From contig JWZX01002690.1 of NCBI GenBank assembly GCA_001275005.1, positions 1 to 35,340 of the forward strand: a DNA stretch of 35,340 bases. The letters are read 5' to 3'. This DNA comes from Chrysochromulina tobinii. Lineage: Eukaryota. The position numbers and the translations under genes were made by a program. Within the stretch, counting starts at the first letter, position 1, and each line of letters starts with the position of its first letter. Positions 17,493 through 27,394 of this stretch are shown one piece after another. The notes beneath the pieces are model-generated. The model was given only the letters and a program-made list of their open reading frames with translations. It had not been told where the DNA came from and searched no databases.

Positions 17493-18962
17493 TCACATCT
17501 TGAGTGCAATGTTCATGTATGCGTACGTGGTGACCAGCACGCCGGCGACGCCGAGCCATGAGTGCAATGTGGTGGCGACGCCGAAAAAGTTGGCCGAGAC
17601 GATGACGAGGACGGCCATCACGGCTGAGTTGGCAAAGTTCTTGACGATCGCATCGGCGTACTTGTACACGAGTGTAACGGCGAGCCCGTGGAAAGCTTGG
17701 AAGAGCACGAGCAGGAGCGCGAGGGGCGTGTAGCCCTCAAAGAAGCCGACGTGGACCGCGCCAGGCCGGGGCGGCATGACCAGGTACGAGAAGATTGCGA
17801 TCGAGAAGCCGAAGACGTACAGGATCGTGTTCTGCAGATGAACCGTCACGTCAAAGTTCTTCACGACCTGTTGATTCCACACCGACGAGACGGCTGTGAT
17901 GACGGTCGCCACCGCCACGACCACATACCCGTGCGTAGGCACCATGCCGCGCGCCTTGCATGCATCGTACTGCGACACGGCGATGCAAATGCACTGGAGC
18001 AGCACGCACACCCATTGCAGCTCGTTGAGGCGCTGTCCGAGCACGCGCAGCATCAGCGCGACTATGTACGGCGCGAGCGACTTGGCGAGTGTGAACGTGC
18101 CTGGGTCGACCAGCTGCGCGCGAGAAGAGGCCGAGGGTGGGGGTGAGTTGGAAGTGGAGGCTGAGGGTGGGAGTTAGAGAGCTCATGTGGCGGGGCAGTA
18201 GCAGCTCATGTGGCAGGGCACTGTGACTCGAGAGAGTCGCCACACGTGTCGCACCTCGAGCGCATAGAACGTGAGCTGGTTGTTGATGGTGTACAGCACT
18301 GCCAGGAAGAAGTAGTGCGCGCAGATTCGCGGAGTCACGCCCTTAAATGGATCTACGCCGGTCGCCTTCACATGGCGCGAATGCAGCGTGACGGCGAGCG
18401 CGAGCTTGCAGGCCTCCGTCATCGCGACGCACGAGGCGGGCGAGAAGGAGTACGAACCCGACGTCTGGCAAAGCTTGAAAAGCAAGATTGCCACTGACTG
18501 GACACAGACGAGCACCACAAACGAGCCGATCTGCGTGCCGTACGACGACATGCTGCCCCAGTACGACGACACGCCGCCGATGCAGCATTGGAGCACGACG
18601 CAAAGGCAGCACACGATCAGGGCACCTACTGCGAGCATGGGGAAGTAGCTGCCGCTGCTGCTCTCTGGGGGTGGCGACAACAGCTCCGGCGGTGGCGGCG
18701 ATTGCTTTGTGTGTTTTTGTACTCCGTGCTCCTTGTGCTCCTTTTTGACAGTGCTCGCTGGCGACCCCGCACCCTCGTCCACCTTTTTGGCTAATCGCTC
18801 CACCTTTTTGGCAGCACTCTCGGGCGTATCTTGCAGAGATCTTGCAGCGGCCTTTGCAGCGGCCTTGTTGGTGGATGTGTTGGCGATGTCACTCGGCGGC
18901 ACCGGCCGTGTCTGGGCAAACGCCGTGAGGCAGATGAGCAGGAACAGATGCAAGGTACGCAT
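17493..18962 (-). CDS. Nucleotide-sugar transporter (SLC35A-like), 2 exons (18962-18255, 18113-17493; 442 aa)
   Basis: Motifs MTEACKLAL, AVLYTINNQLTF, DPGTFTL, LQW, HLQNTILY.FG and GLAVTLVYKYADAIVKNFA. The 141-nt intron GAG|GTGCGA...CGCAG|CTG restores the frame. Confidence 0.88.
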
Positions 18963-19105
18963 ACCTTCCTGTCAATCAATGCGCCGTCTCGGCCGGGGGA
19001 GCCTGCGCGGCTCTTCGGCTTCGCGGCGCACTGCTCGACGCGGCCGAACGTTTGGGCTGTGAATAATTCTGATGCGTGACTGTGAAAACTATTCGGGGCG
19101 TTTCA

Positions 19106-19129
19106 ACAAGCAAGCAAGCAAGCAAGCAA
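19106..19129. repeat. (CAAG)n microsatellite upstream of the transporter gene
   Basis: caagcaagcaagcaagcaagcaag read directly. The complementary gcttgcttg occurs at about 19178 and about 25787. Confidence 0.8.
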
Positions 19130-19457
19130 GGTACTCGGTTGCGCTGGTTTAGGTACCTGTGTGTGTCGACTAACTAGCTTGCTTGCGTTTCAACAGGGTG
19201 GGGGGGGCACTTTACATGTATCTCTGCACACTGCTAATAAGTCGAAACAACACAAGTATCTTGCTTGCTCTCTGGGTCTGGCTCTCGAGCGCTCTCCGTC
19301 GTTACTCGTTGGTAGATTCGTTTCGGCGCTCGTTTAGTCTCATCAGACATCTCGCAGCCCAACGACCCCAACTTAACCCCAACTCGCAACTGCTTGGGCC
19401 ACCCAGGCCCTGCAAAGAGAACATGCGCTCACATGCGCATGCCGAATATCCTGGCAG

Positions 19458-20940
19458 TTACCACAGAGCCGGAGCATTGTCCCGCACCACGGCGAGCGGC
19501 GCGACAGCTGCGCCGGCGACGCCCCCCTGGACGACCCCATTCGCCTGAGAGCTCTCTTCGCCAGAGAGCGCATACTCGAGCTCTATGCGCCAAGCGGCAG
19601 GGAAGCGCGCGTCCTTGTGGGCACCGTCCACGTCCTCCTTGTACAGCGCGCCGCCATAAGGGAGCGGCTTGAGCATGCGTGCCAGGAAGCCAGTGTGCAG
19701 CGTCGCCCAGCCCAGCCTCTCCTCCGTCAGAAGGCCATTATTACTCAGGCGCAGCTCAAAGTCTCCGCGGAGGAGCAACCCGTCGCCAGGCAGCTCGAAG
19801 CGCACGGCCGGCTGGAAGGGCGCGCAGCGCACGGGGCCGCACGTGCAGATGGACGAGCGCAGCGTCTGGATGCCATCCGCGGTGGGAGACGCCGTCGTGA
19901 GCGCGAGCAGCTCCAATCTCAGATACCTGTGGGGAGAGAGGCGATGGCGCCGTGGTGAGCACTTGCATGCACCGACGGATCCAATCTCAGATACCATGGA
20001 TTGAGATCCAATCTCAAATCAGATTGAGATCCAATCTCAGATACCATGGATTGAGCAGCGAGTCGGCGTCCGCGCGCGGCGCGCCACTTGAGGCGAAGTA
20101 GGCGCCCGGCGCCGAGGAGAGTGTGACCGCCTTGAGCACGACCGTGGCGCCCTCGAGCAGCTGCGCGCGCCTCTCGACCCCCTCGCAGCGCAGCAACTGC
20201 TCGTACATGCGCACGCAACGCACTTGTGATGGCTGGTTGATGGCGTCGAGGTCCGTCGTGCGTGCGCTGCGGAAGAAGTGGATGGCTGCGTCGGCCGACG
20301 GGCACTCGGCGTGCCCGATGCGGAGCAGGAACGCGCACACCATCACCCCTGTGCGCCCCTTGCCAGCCTTGCAATGCACGGCTAGCACATTCGCCTGGTC
20401 ACCCTCCATGAACGCGTACGCACGATCGCAAAAGGCATCGAGCGCGCGCAGCGCGGGTGCGTGGTGATCGGCGAACGGGTAGCGCATGACGCGCACTGCA
20501 CCCGGCCAATCGGTGTCCAGGTAATCGCGCTCGTCGCACAAGTTCACCATCGCGTAGCGGCCGCCGTGTTGGCCATCCATGAAAGACCGCACATCCGAGA
20601 GCGGGTTGCGATACCACGACTCGAATGAGCTGCTCGGCAGCCCCAGCGCGATGACGCGCGGCACAATGTACGTCAGGTCGAGGTCGAAGGTGTCCGTCTG
20701 CGTGCGCCTCTTGGAGCCGGATACCAAGTGCCGCGCGACTCGGAATGGCACATCGGTGACGCCGGAGGCAACTGCGGTGAGGCTCTGCGTCCACGTGGCA
20801 TCCTTGTTGGAGCCCCTCGTCTCGAGTGCCTCGACCTCGAGTGACTCGATGCGTCGCTGCATCGGTTTAATCGGTGCGGCCGCGGCTGCAGCGCTGATTG
20901 GGATAAAAGAGACCGCAGCGCCGTCCTTGTGCTCCGCCAT
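19458..20940 (-). CDS. PTEN: PTEN-like phosphoinositide phosphatase with C2 domain, 2 exons (20940-20045, 19926-19458; 454 aa)
   Basis: Catalytic HCKAGKGRTG, plus LVS..KRR...FDLDLTYI.PRVIA.G.P, YRNP, FADHHAP and PSQ.R motifs. C-terminal C2-like region GDF...LHTGF...KEDVD.AHKD.RF. Confidence 0.9.
19927..20044 (-). other. PTEN intron (118 nt): patchwork copies of the exon junction plus acceptor cassette
   Basis: TG|GTATCTGAGATTGGA...CCCCACAG|GTATCTGAGATTGGA. Splicing gives LLNPWYLRLELL. Confidence 0.8.
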
Positions 20941-21085
20941 TTCCAGTTTTTGACAAAACCTGGACCTCGTCTTGAAAAGAGTTTAGAATCCCGGGTGTGA
21001 ATCGAGAGCGCGTTGGCATAGACCCGTGGGAAGGGCAAGGTCGATCGCCCGAGGAAATGCATGCGCGTGTGGAGTGAATTGTTTG

Positions 21086-21904
21086 ATGATGCTGCTGCGG
21101 CGGTGCCTCGGGCTTCTTGTGTTGCTGCCATGTGAATCATGGAGATCACTTGCAGATGATCTGGTGCTCGCGGCTGCTAACGGCGACGCGACAGTGGTGA
21201 GCAACATTCTCAATGATGGCGTGGCAGTGGATGCTACAAACAAGGAGGGCACGACCGCCTTGCTCTCTGCGGCGATGCGAGGGCAAGCCGCCATGGTGCG
21301 TCTCCTCGCAAAAGCTGGCGCCAATGTTGACGTCCAGGGCACAATATCCAGATTCGACTCTCAGGGTCGCCGTTCAGAGTCAAAGGATTGGAGTGCACTA
21401 GCTTTCGCAGCGGACTGTGCCAACGAACGTGATGCAGTGAATGATTTTGCAAGGTCTGAATGGTCGGCGGAGGCGGGCTTATCACTGGCAGTGTCTCTGC
21501 CCTGTGTCAACGGCCTCGACACGGTGGCTGCTCTGCTGGAAGCGGGTGCTAACCCATTCATCGAGGATTTCAACGGGTACAACGCGCTGATGCGTGCAGA
21601 CTCGGGCTCCAAACATCACGCACTCATTGAGGCGCGCGTCCATCAGCTTGGGTGCGTCGTGGCTACTGGTGACAAGTGCAGCGACAAGGAGATCACCTTC
21701 GCGGCCAAGTGGAAGAGCAAGACGGTAGAGGAGGTCGACGCGGAGGCCTCCAGGCTGAACATGTACCTGAAGAAAGCTATGAGCTACACGAGCGAAAAGA
21801 AACTACGCAAGTGGCTGCAACAGCGACTCAACGCTCTGTCGCAGATCCGCAAGAACACCCGGCATCCTAGCCGGCATCATGACGTAAATCACGACGAGCT
21901 TTGA
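21086..21904 (+). CDS. ER-luminal ankyrin-repeat protein with C-terminal helical domain and HDEL (272 aa)
   Basis: Signal-like MMLLRRCLGLLVLLP, ankyrin consensus (GTTALLSAAMRGQAAMVRLLAKAGANVD; LLEAGANP...GYNALM) and terminal HDEL. Confidence 0.82.
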   Translation: MMLLRRCLGLLVLLPCESWRSLADDLVLAAANGDATVVSNILNDGVAVDATNKEGTTALLSAAMRGQAAMVRLLAKAGANVDVQGTISRFDSQGRRSESKDWSALAFAADCANERDAVNDFARSEWSAEAGLSLAVSLPCVNGLDTVAALLEAGANPFIEDFNGYNALMRADSGSKHHALIEARVHQLGCVVATGDKCSDKEITFAAKWKSKTVEEVDAEASRLNMYLKKAMSYTSEKKLRKWLQQRLNALSQIRKNTRHPSRHHDVNHDEL

Positions 21905-22573
21905 GCGTCGAGTGATGCCCTGGTGATCCATATATCACCATATGCTACCCTGGTGCCGTCTCGTCTGAGTGCCTCTCTCGCTGCTGTTACGTTCTACGAT
22001 CTAACTATTCAAAGTGCTGCAAATTTTAGTAGTACCTAGTAGTCGTGTAGAACTTTTCATTTGAGAGAGACCGCAATATTAACTTGCTCTACACCTCTAC
22101 ATGTCATTGGAAACTAGTTGGGGAAGTGTACGCGACTGCACATCACGGGCTCGTCACCCTAAGTATCGTCACCCGGGGACGCCGGAGACTGTCTCGTATA
22201 GACCAGAAGACCACGCCGGACGAGCGACAGCTTGTTAGCTTGCCGACAGTGCACCAGCAGGCCGATCGAGGAGGAACGCCAGGAACCGTCCAGGATCACA
22301 TGATTAATCTTTAATGACCAGAGGACCACCCGACCAATCGGCATGCTGTCACTACTATACGCTGCACTCCACTTTTTCCGTCGTTTTCCGTCGACTCCCC
22401 CATAGAATTCTCACGCTAAAACGCTAGTTAAAGAGTGCTTTCACAGCGGCCGCGGTTGCGTGTGAGCGGAACGATGCAGCAGCGTTCAGCGTGCAGGGGC
22501 CCATGCGCGGTGCTACACAGTTGACTAGACTTCCACACGGGTACCACACGGAAGTGCCACATGCTCTCGCTCC

Positions 22574-23293
22574 TCACGCGTCGATGTCGTCGAGATGACC
22601 GTCGCCATCATCGACCTTGGCGTGCACCTGAGACAGCCTCATAACGCGTGAAGCATTGTCCTTTTCGAGTTGACGGCGCTCAGCTTCCTTGCGCGCGCGG
22701 CTTTGAGCGGCCACGATGCTGCGAGCGGCACCAGCGGACCCCTCGCCATCATCCCAAACCTTCGAGTCGGTCTTGCTCTGGGTCTTGTTGATGATGGCGA
22801 AGTAGAGGGCATTCGCGGATCGGAGGGCGTCGTCTTGTGCCTGCCGCCGCGCCGCTGATTCCGCCCGGAGCCGCGCGCGTGACTCGCCCGTCGCGTCGTC
22901 TTCCGTGTCGTCATCGATGGCTGACGTCATGCTTGCGAGTCGCTGTTGATGCACACGGTACCGCTCTTCCGCCTGCTTCAGATACCAGTCAGCCGCAGCA
23001 TCACGGTAGCTTTTCTCGACCTCAAGCCGCTTCGTATTCATGTCCATACGCCAGTCGACCACGAGCCCAGAGCCAAAGAGACCGTCACCATCGTCAGTCT
23101 TGGCCGTGATGCTCTTCAGCCTCCGACGGAGGTCGCGATTCTCCTTGGCTATACGTGCTGCCTCAGAGGCCCGATGGCTCTGCGATGCGGAACGGAACTT
23201 TTGCCGAGCTGCTCCGGCGAGCTCATCTTCGATGTTGGTATCGAGATTCGACTGGACGCTGCTGTAGCCCTCATTGGGCATCCTCCGGCTCAT
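22574..23293 (-). CDS. Hypothetical protein with about 3-4 charged helical repeats ending in (K/A)(T/V/I)DD
   Basis: Repeats of D..AG.AR.....S..R........N......L.....K.DD. ATG candidates are 23293 and 23281; the track start at 23428 is not an ATG. Confidence 0.65.
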   Translation of the reverse strand: MSRRMPNEGYSSVQSNLDTNIEDELAGAARQKFRSASQSHRASEAARIAKENRDLRRRLKSITAKTDDGDGLFGSGLVVDWRMDMNTKRLEVEKSYRDAAADWYLKQAEERYRVHQQRLASMTSAIDDDTEDDATGESRARLRAESAARRQAQDDALRSANALYFAIINKTQSKTDSKVWDDGEGSAGAARSIVAAQSRARKEAERRQLEKDNASRVMRLSQVHAKVDDGDGHLDDIDA

Positions 23294-23485
23294 CTGTCCG
23301 GTCCCCCTCCCCGGAAAGACGATGTCAGCCGGCCCGGGCGAGCAGGGCTTTCCGGCCTCGAAAACCAATACATGTCTTTCTGTGATGAGGAGAGACACTT
23401 TTGTCCGGCTTTTGTCATCTCTGTACAACTTTGAAACCGAAACGCGAAATCATCGATGCATGCGAAAGGGCCGTGCTCGCGCTCT

Positions 23486-24889
23486 TCAGCAAGCCGTCTT
23501 CACCAATGGCCGCAGCAGACCCGCAATGTACTCCCCCGCCTCGAGGCCCGAGAGGCACGCCGCCTCGAACCCTGGCGCTCGTCGCGAGCAGTAATCCCCC
23601 GCATAGAAGATCCCGAGCGCCTCCTCCGCCAGAAAGTCGGCATCGTCCTGAGCGTCCGCGCCCATCTCGGCGGCTGGCCTTTCGTAGACGAGCGGAGGGA
23701 CCGCACTCTCATACGTGATCCCGAGCACCTCCGTGCTCGTCGGGCCGCCCCCCCGAACGTCACGACCCTCGACCGAGGATGGCGCCGGGAAGGCCGAACC
23801 CCAACGCTGGGCCTGCAAGTACGCAGGCGTGTCCGGCGGCGGCGGAGCGTCCAGCGGGAGCAATGGGGCGATCGCGCGCGCAAAGGCGCGGTAGAGCAGC
23901 GGGCCCGGCTCCGAGTTCAAGTAGCCATTCTCCTGAGGACGGAACGCGCCTGTGGTTGGGTCCTGCATGGTGACCCTGGCAATTTCGGCCGCTGCGTATG
24001 TGGGCGTCGAGATGAGCGTCCAGCACTCATGAGCGTGCGTGCTGCGTCCCAGCCCAGGCTTGGAGGCGGTGCGAGCCGCAAACCAAAGGGGCTGGTCGGA
24101 GCCCGCGCCATCACTGAAAGTGAAAGCGTCGTAAGGCAGTGTCAGGGTCGACGGAAGTGTGACCATGCAACTGAAGAGAGGCACGCGCACACGAGAGCGT
24201 ACACGCTCGGCGATGGCCTCGGGCACGCCCGCCGAGGCACGGTGCCACGACTCGAAGGAGGAAGAGACGTCCGTGAGCAGCACCACGTCAAAGATGCCGA
24301 GAACGCGAGGCGCGGTCGCGGCAGCTTGCGCCTCGGGTGAGTCATGAAAGGCCGCGACCCCACCAACGCCTTCGATCTTCCACCCGAGGGTTTCCTCGTT
24401 GCGAGTCATGCCGCTGACCCGTACGCCGGCGTGAACCGTGACAGCTTCACTCGCTCCGCGTAGGATGACGCGCGGCAAGCGCTGCATGCCGCCCACTCCC
24501 ACGTAGACAGGCCTTGCATCCGATGGAAGCCCGAAAAAGTCGACTGCTGAGCCGTCGCCGACACAGCCGAAGCGTCCTTGCCACTGCGCTGCGATCCCAG
24601 ATGCGCACCAGTTTGCACAGAGCTCTTGCATGCGAGCTGAATCGGCGCGGAAGAACTGACAGCCATGATCGAATTCGAAGGTCTCCTCAGGCACGGGCCC
24701 ATCATCTGGGAGCACTTTTGCGTCATCTGGGCGGACCGAGCGGTGAGACGCACGGCCACCTGGCCCGCGACTTCCCTGATCGAAGACGACCACTTCTACA
24801 CTGCGCCCAGCGTGATGCGCAATCGTGGACGCGGCCATCGCGCCCGTGATGCCTCCGCCGACGATCGCGACCCTCTTCGGTCGCGACAT
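23486..24889 (-). CDS. Renalase-like FAD/NAD(P)-dependent oxidoreductase
   Basis: VAIVGGGITG dinucleotide-binding motif, FDQGSRGPGGRAS.R, FDHGCQFF, AQRWGSAFP and AGDYC...GFEAACLSG..A. Start is ATG 24889 (24937 also possible). Confidence 0.85.
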   Translation of the reverse strand: MSRPKRVAIVGGGITGAMAASTIAHHAGRSVEVVVFDQGSRGPGGRASHRSVRPDDAKVLPDDGPVPEETFEFDHGCQFFRADSARMQELCANWCASGIAAQWQGRFGCVGDGSAVDFFGLPSDARPVYVGVGGMQRLPRVILRGASEAVTVHAGVRVSGMTRNEETLGWKIEGVGGVAAFHDSPEAQAAATAPRVLGIFDVVLLTDVSSSFESWHRASAGVPEAIAERVRSRVRVPLFSCMVTLPSTLTLPYDAFTFSDGAGSDQPLWFAARTASKPGLGRSTHAHECWTLISTPTYAAAEIARVTMQDPTTGAFRPQENGYLNSEPGPLLYRAFARAIAPLLPLDAPPPPDTPAYLQAQRWGSAFPAPSSVEGRDVRGGGPTSTEVLGITYESAVPPLVYERPAAEMGADAQDDADFLAEEALGIFYAGDYCSRRAPGFEAACLSGLEAGEYIAGLLRPLVKTAC

Positions 24890-24980
24890 TTCTGCACGGC
24901 GCGTTGTGTCAGGCGCGCTTGAAATGAAAAGATTCACATATGGTAGTACCTTTGGTGTGTGTCGCCCATGCCTGACTCGC

Positions 24981-25685
24981 TCAATCGCGCAGCTTCCTGA
25001 AGTCTTTGCTCGTCATCGCGCCTCCGCCCGTGAAGACGGGCACTACGTATTGCGCATCTGGGACGCCGCCACGCCCCTCGGCAGTGTTCTCGGGGACCAC
25101 CATGCCGCCGTCCGGGTCGTCTATCTTGCCTAAGCGTCGATACTCGCCCAGCGCCTCTCGTGCGCTGGCAAAGGCGGTCGTTGCACGCTGCTCGTCCTTC
25201 CCGTCGATCGCCGCCTGCAGCTCGATACATGAATTCTTGTATCGCTCCGTTTCGGCGGCCATGCTCTTTTGCGTGTCCGACTTCTTCTTGCGCTTCGTTG
25301 AACGTGCGCCCTCCACCGAGCTCGTGAATAGCGGCATTGCAGTCGTCGCATCCAGCATCCTCGCTTGCACGATTTGTACTCCCTCCCAGTCGCGTTCCTT
25401 GAGTGCTTGCAAGCCGAGCTCATCCACGGCTATCCAAGCCCTTAGGATGCGCGGGCAGTAGCGATAGCGCGCCATCGGGAAGTAATAGTTGTTGCCAGGC
25501 CGCTCACTACCCACCTTTGAATATGTGCCGCCCGAGGAGCTCTCTTCTGCAAAGCACGGTGGCATGCCAGCAATCGCAGACAAAGCTCCAGCTATCATGT
25601 GCCGGCGGGTGAAGCATCGCAGCGAATGATACTGCAGTGCGCCCACGGAGGAGGCGATCGCCGTCATCGCGAGCATCGCCGACAT
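24981..25685 (-). CDS. Hypothetical plastid (thylakoid-lumen-like) protein
   Basis: Hydrophobic signal followed by TRRHMIAGALSAIAGMPPCFA (twin-Arg plus AxA-like cleavage) and a helical mature region. The localisation is an inference. Confidence 0.6.
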   Translation of the reverse strand: MSAMLAMTAIASSVGALQYHSLRCFTRRHMIAGALSAIAGMPPCFAEESSSGGTYSKVGSERPGNNYYFPMARYRYCPRILRAWIAVDELGLQALKERDWEGVQIVQARMLDATTAMPLFTSSVEGARSTKRKKKSDTQKSMAAETERYKNSCIELQAAIDGKDEQRATTAFASAREALGEYRRLGKIDDPDGGMVVPENTAEGRGGVPDAQYVVPVFTGGGAMTSKDFRKLRD

Positions 25686-26430
25686 GCGAGAGCACGACCT
25701 GCGAGCGAGCGAGAGAGTTTCGCCCAATTCGGCAAGTCACGTGAGTAAATCAGGGGGAAGAGTACCGGTAACTTTCGACTAATTAGCTTGCTTGCTTAAC
25801 TCACCTACCCCCTTACTTTTCCCCAGTGGCCGGGGCCTCCCTCTCACCTACCCCCTTAGCACGACTGCACGAGCCCACCTTGAGCGGATGAAGGCGCATG
25901 AACGACCCCTTATGGTAAACTCATCGAGACAGAATTGGGAAACTCATCGAGACAGAAAGCGGTCATCGAAAACGCCGAAAACCTCATAGTTGCATAGATC
26001 AAGTGTTCAAAGCCCCCTGAGTAGTGAGAAGGTCCCCCTAGGTCAAACAAGTGCGCCGTTAGATTTTGATTTACCTCTTCAAAAGATCGGCTAGGGGATG
26101 GGGTGCGGTGCACTCTCTCTGCACATCGCGGCGACTGCCGATCGCGCTCTTTTTAACGAATATGAAACGTTTTGTCCCTTTATGCCATGCTTATGCGTTT
26201 AACGAACAACGATGTCAAAATCGAGAAAAGGCACTCTCCGACATCGACACATCATTAGCACATGAAGATCATCGTGATTAATTCAGACTTCTAACTTCCT
26301 GTACGCATGAGTACATTTTCTACATGAACTGAATCGTCGAAAGGAGAATGCGCACAGATGGCAGCAAGTGCAGAGCCCGGAGCCCGAGGGGCGCACCCGA
26401 GAGATCTCATGCTCTCACGCCGATCCATCC

Positions 26431-27102
26431 TCACTGGAATGGGTTCGATGCGACACCAAAGTAGGCGCCCCAAGTGTCGCCAGTGACGGCCTCCTGCGCC
26501 ATGAAGCCGGCAGCTGCGAGCATGCCGAGGCGTCCGTTCTGCAGCTCCTTGGTCTGCATCTCGCGCAGGTCCGCGTCGTTGGTGGGCTTGAGGCCGAGCG
26601 GGTCAAAGCCGAGATTGCCCGGGTAGTACCCCGGCTTCAGCTTCTGGAAGAAGTGGCCCTCGAGCGTCGGGTCGTTCCAGCCGCGTGCGACACGGATGCC
26701 CTCGGCGATACCGACGCCGAAGATCATCGCGACCCAGATGCCCGCCGGGAGCTTAGGCATCTGCGAGATAGCGGGGCCGCCGTCGGCGCCGAAGAGCGGG
26801 TGCCACCACTCCTGCACGAGGAAGCCGAGGGCGGCGAGCATGCCGACGCGCCCGTGCGTAAGCTCCGCCTCGCGCAGAGTGTAGACCTCCGCCTTGGTCT
26901 TGTCTTTGAGGAAACCTGCCGGGTCGAAGTTCTCGATGGGCGCGATCGAGCCCGGGAGGCCGTAGCAGAATTTGCCAGCGTCCGGGTCGGCCACCACAGC
27001 CTCGGCCTTTGCTTGCATCTTGCACGAGACGGGGCGGGAGTGCATCACCGTGAGGGCGTGCGGCGCGGTGAAGCCGATCGTCGAGGTGCTGAGCATCATC
27101 AT
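26431..27102 (-). CDS. Lhcx: Light-harvesting fucoxanthin-chlorophyll a/c protein, Lhcx/LI818-like clade
   Basis: FDP.GF, REAELTHGRVGMLAALGFLVQE, HPLFG...GPAI, YYPGNLGFDPLGLKP and MQTKELQNGRLGMLAAAGFMAQE. The LHC call is firm; the Lhcx subclade is inferred from HPLF/GPAI. Confidence 0.9.
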   Translation of the reverse strand: MMMLSTSTIGFTAPHALTVMHSRPVSCKMQAKAEAVVADPDAGKFCYGLPGSIAPIENFDPAGFLKDKTKAEVYTLREAELTHGRVGMLAALGFLVQEWWHPLFGADGGPAISQMPKLPAGIWVAMIFGVGIAEGIRVARGWNDPTLEGHFFQKLKPGYYPGNLGFDPLGLKPTNDADLREMQTKELQNGRLGMLAAAGFMAQEAVTGDTWGAYFGVASNPFQ

Positions 27103-27394
27103 CCTGAGGTCTGTGGCGACGGGCGACAGAGGACGCGCGCGTCGGTGCCGTCGATGGGGGGCGGCTGTGGGACTGCGGGAGGCGACAGCGTACGCACCTT
27201 GATCGTGCGCGAAGGAATCGAGCGATGCGATATCTTAGAATGCAATCGTCGAAGGTTTTTTCTGAGAATGTTCCTTTCAGTCAAGACAAGTGCTCGATAT
27301 TTCAAGTATAGGCTTCCTGTATTTTCTCGGTTGTCTGATCTTTGGATGACTTGACTTGAGTGCGCCGCGCCCAGTGCCCGCTCCCCGGACGTGG

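Noticed and set aside
16855..17559. 234-aa minus-strand ORF between the channel and transporter genes
   Set aside because: Non-ATG start, low complexity driven by local repeats, overlap with the transporter's 3' end and no family motif.
25917..25958. 18-bp direct repeat aaactcatcgagacagaa in an AT-richer intergenic region
   Set aside because: Only two copies and no element boundaries or coding remnant, so it cannot be called a mobile element.
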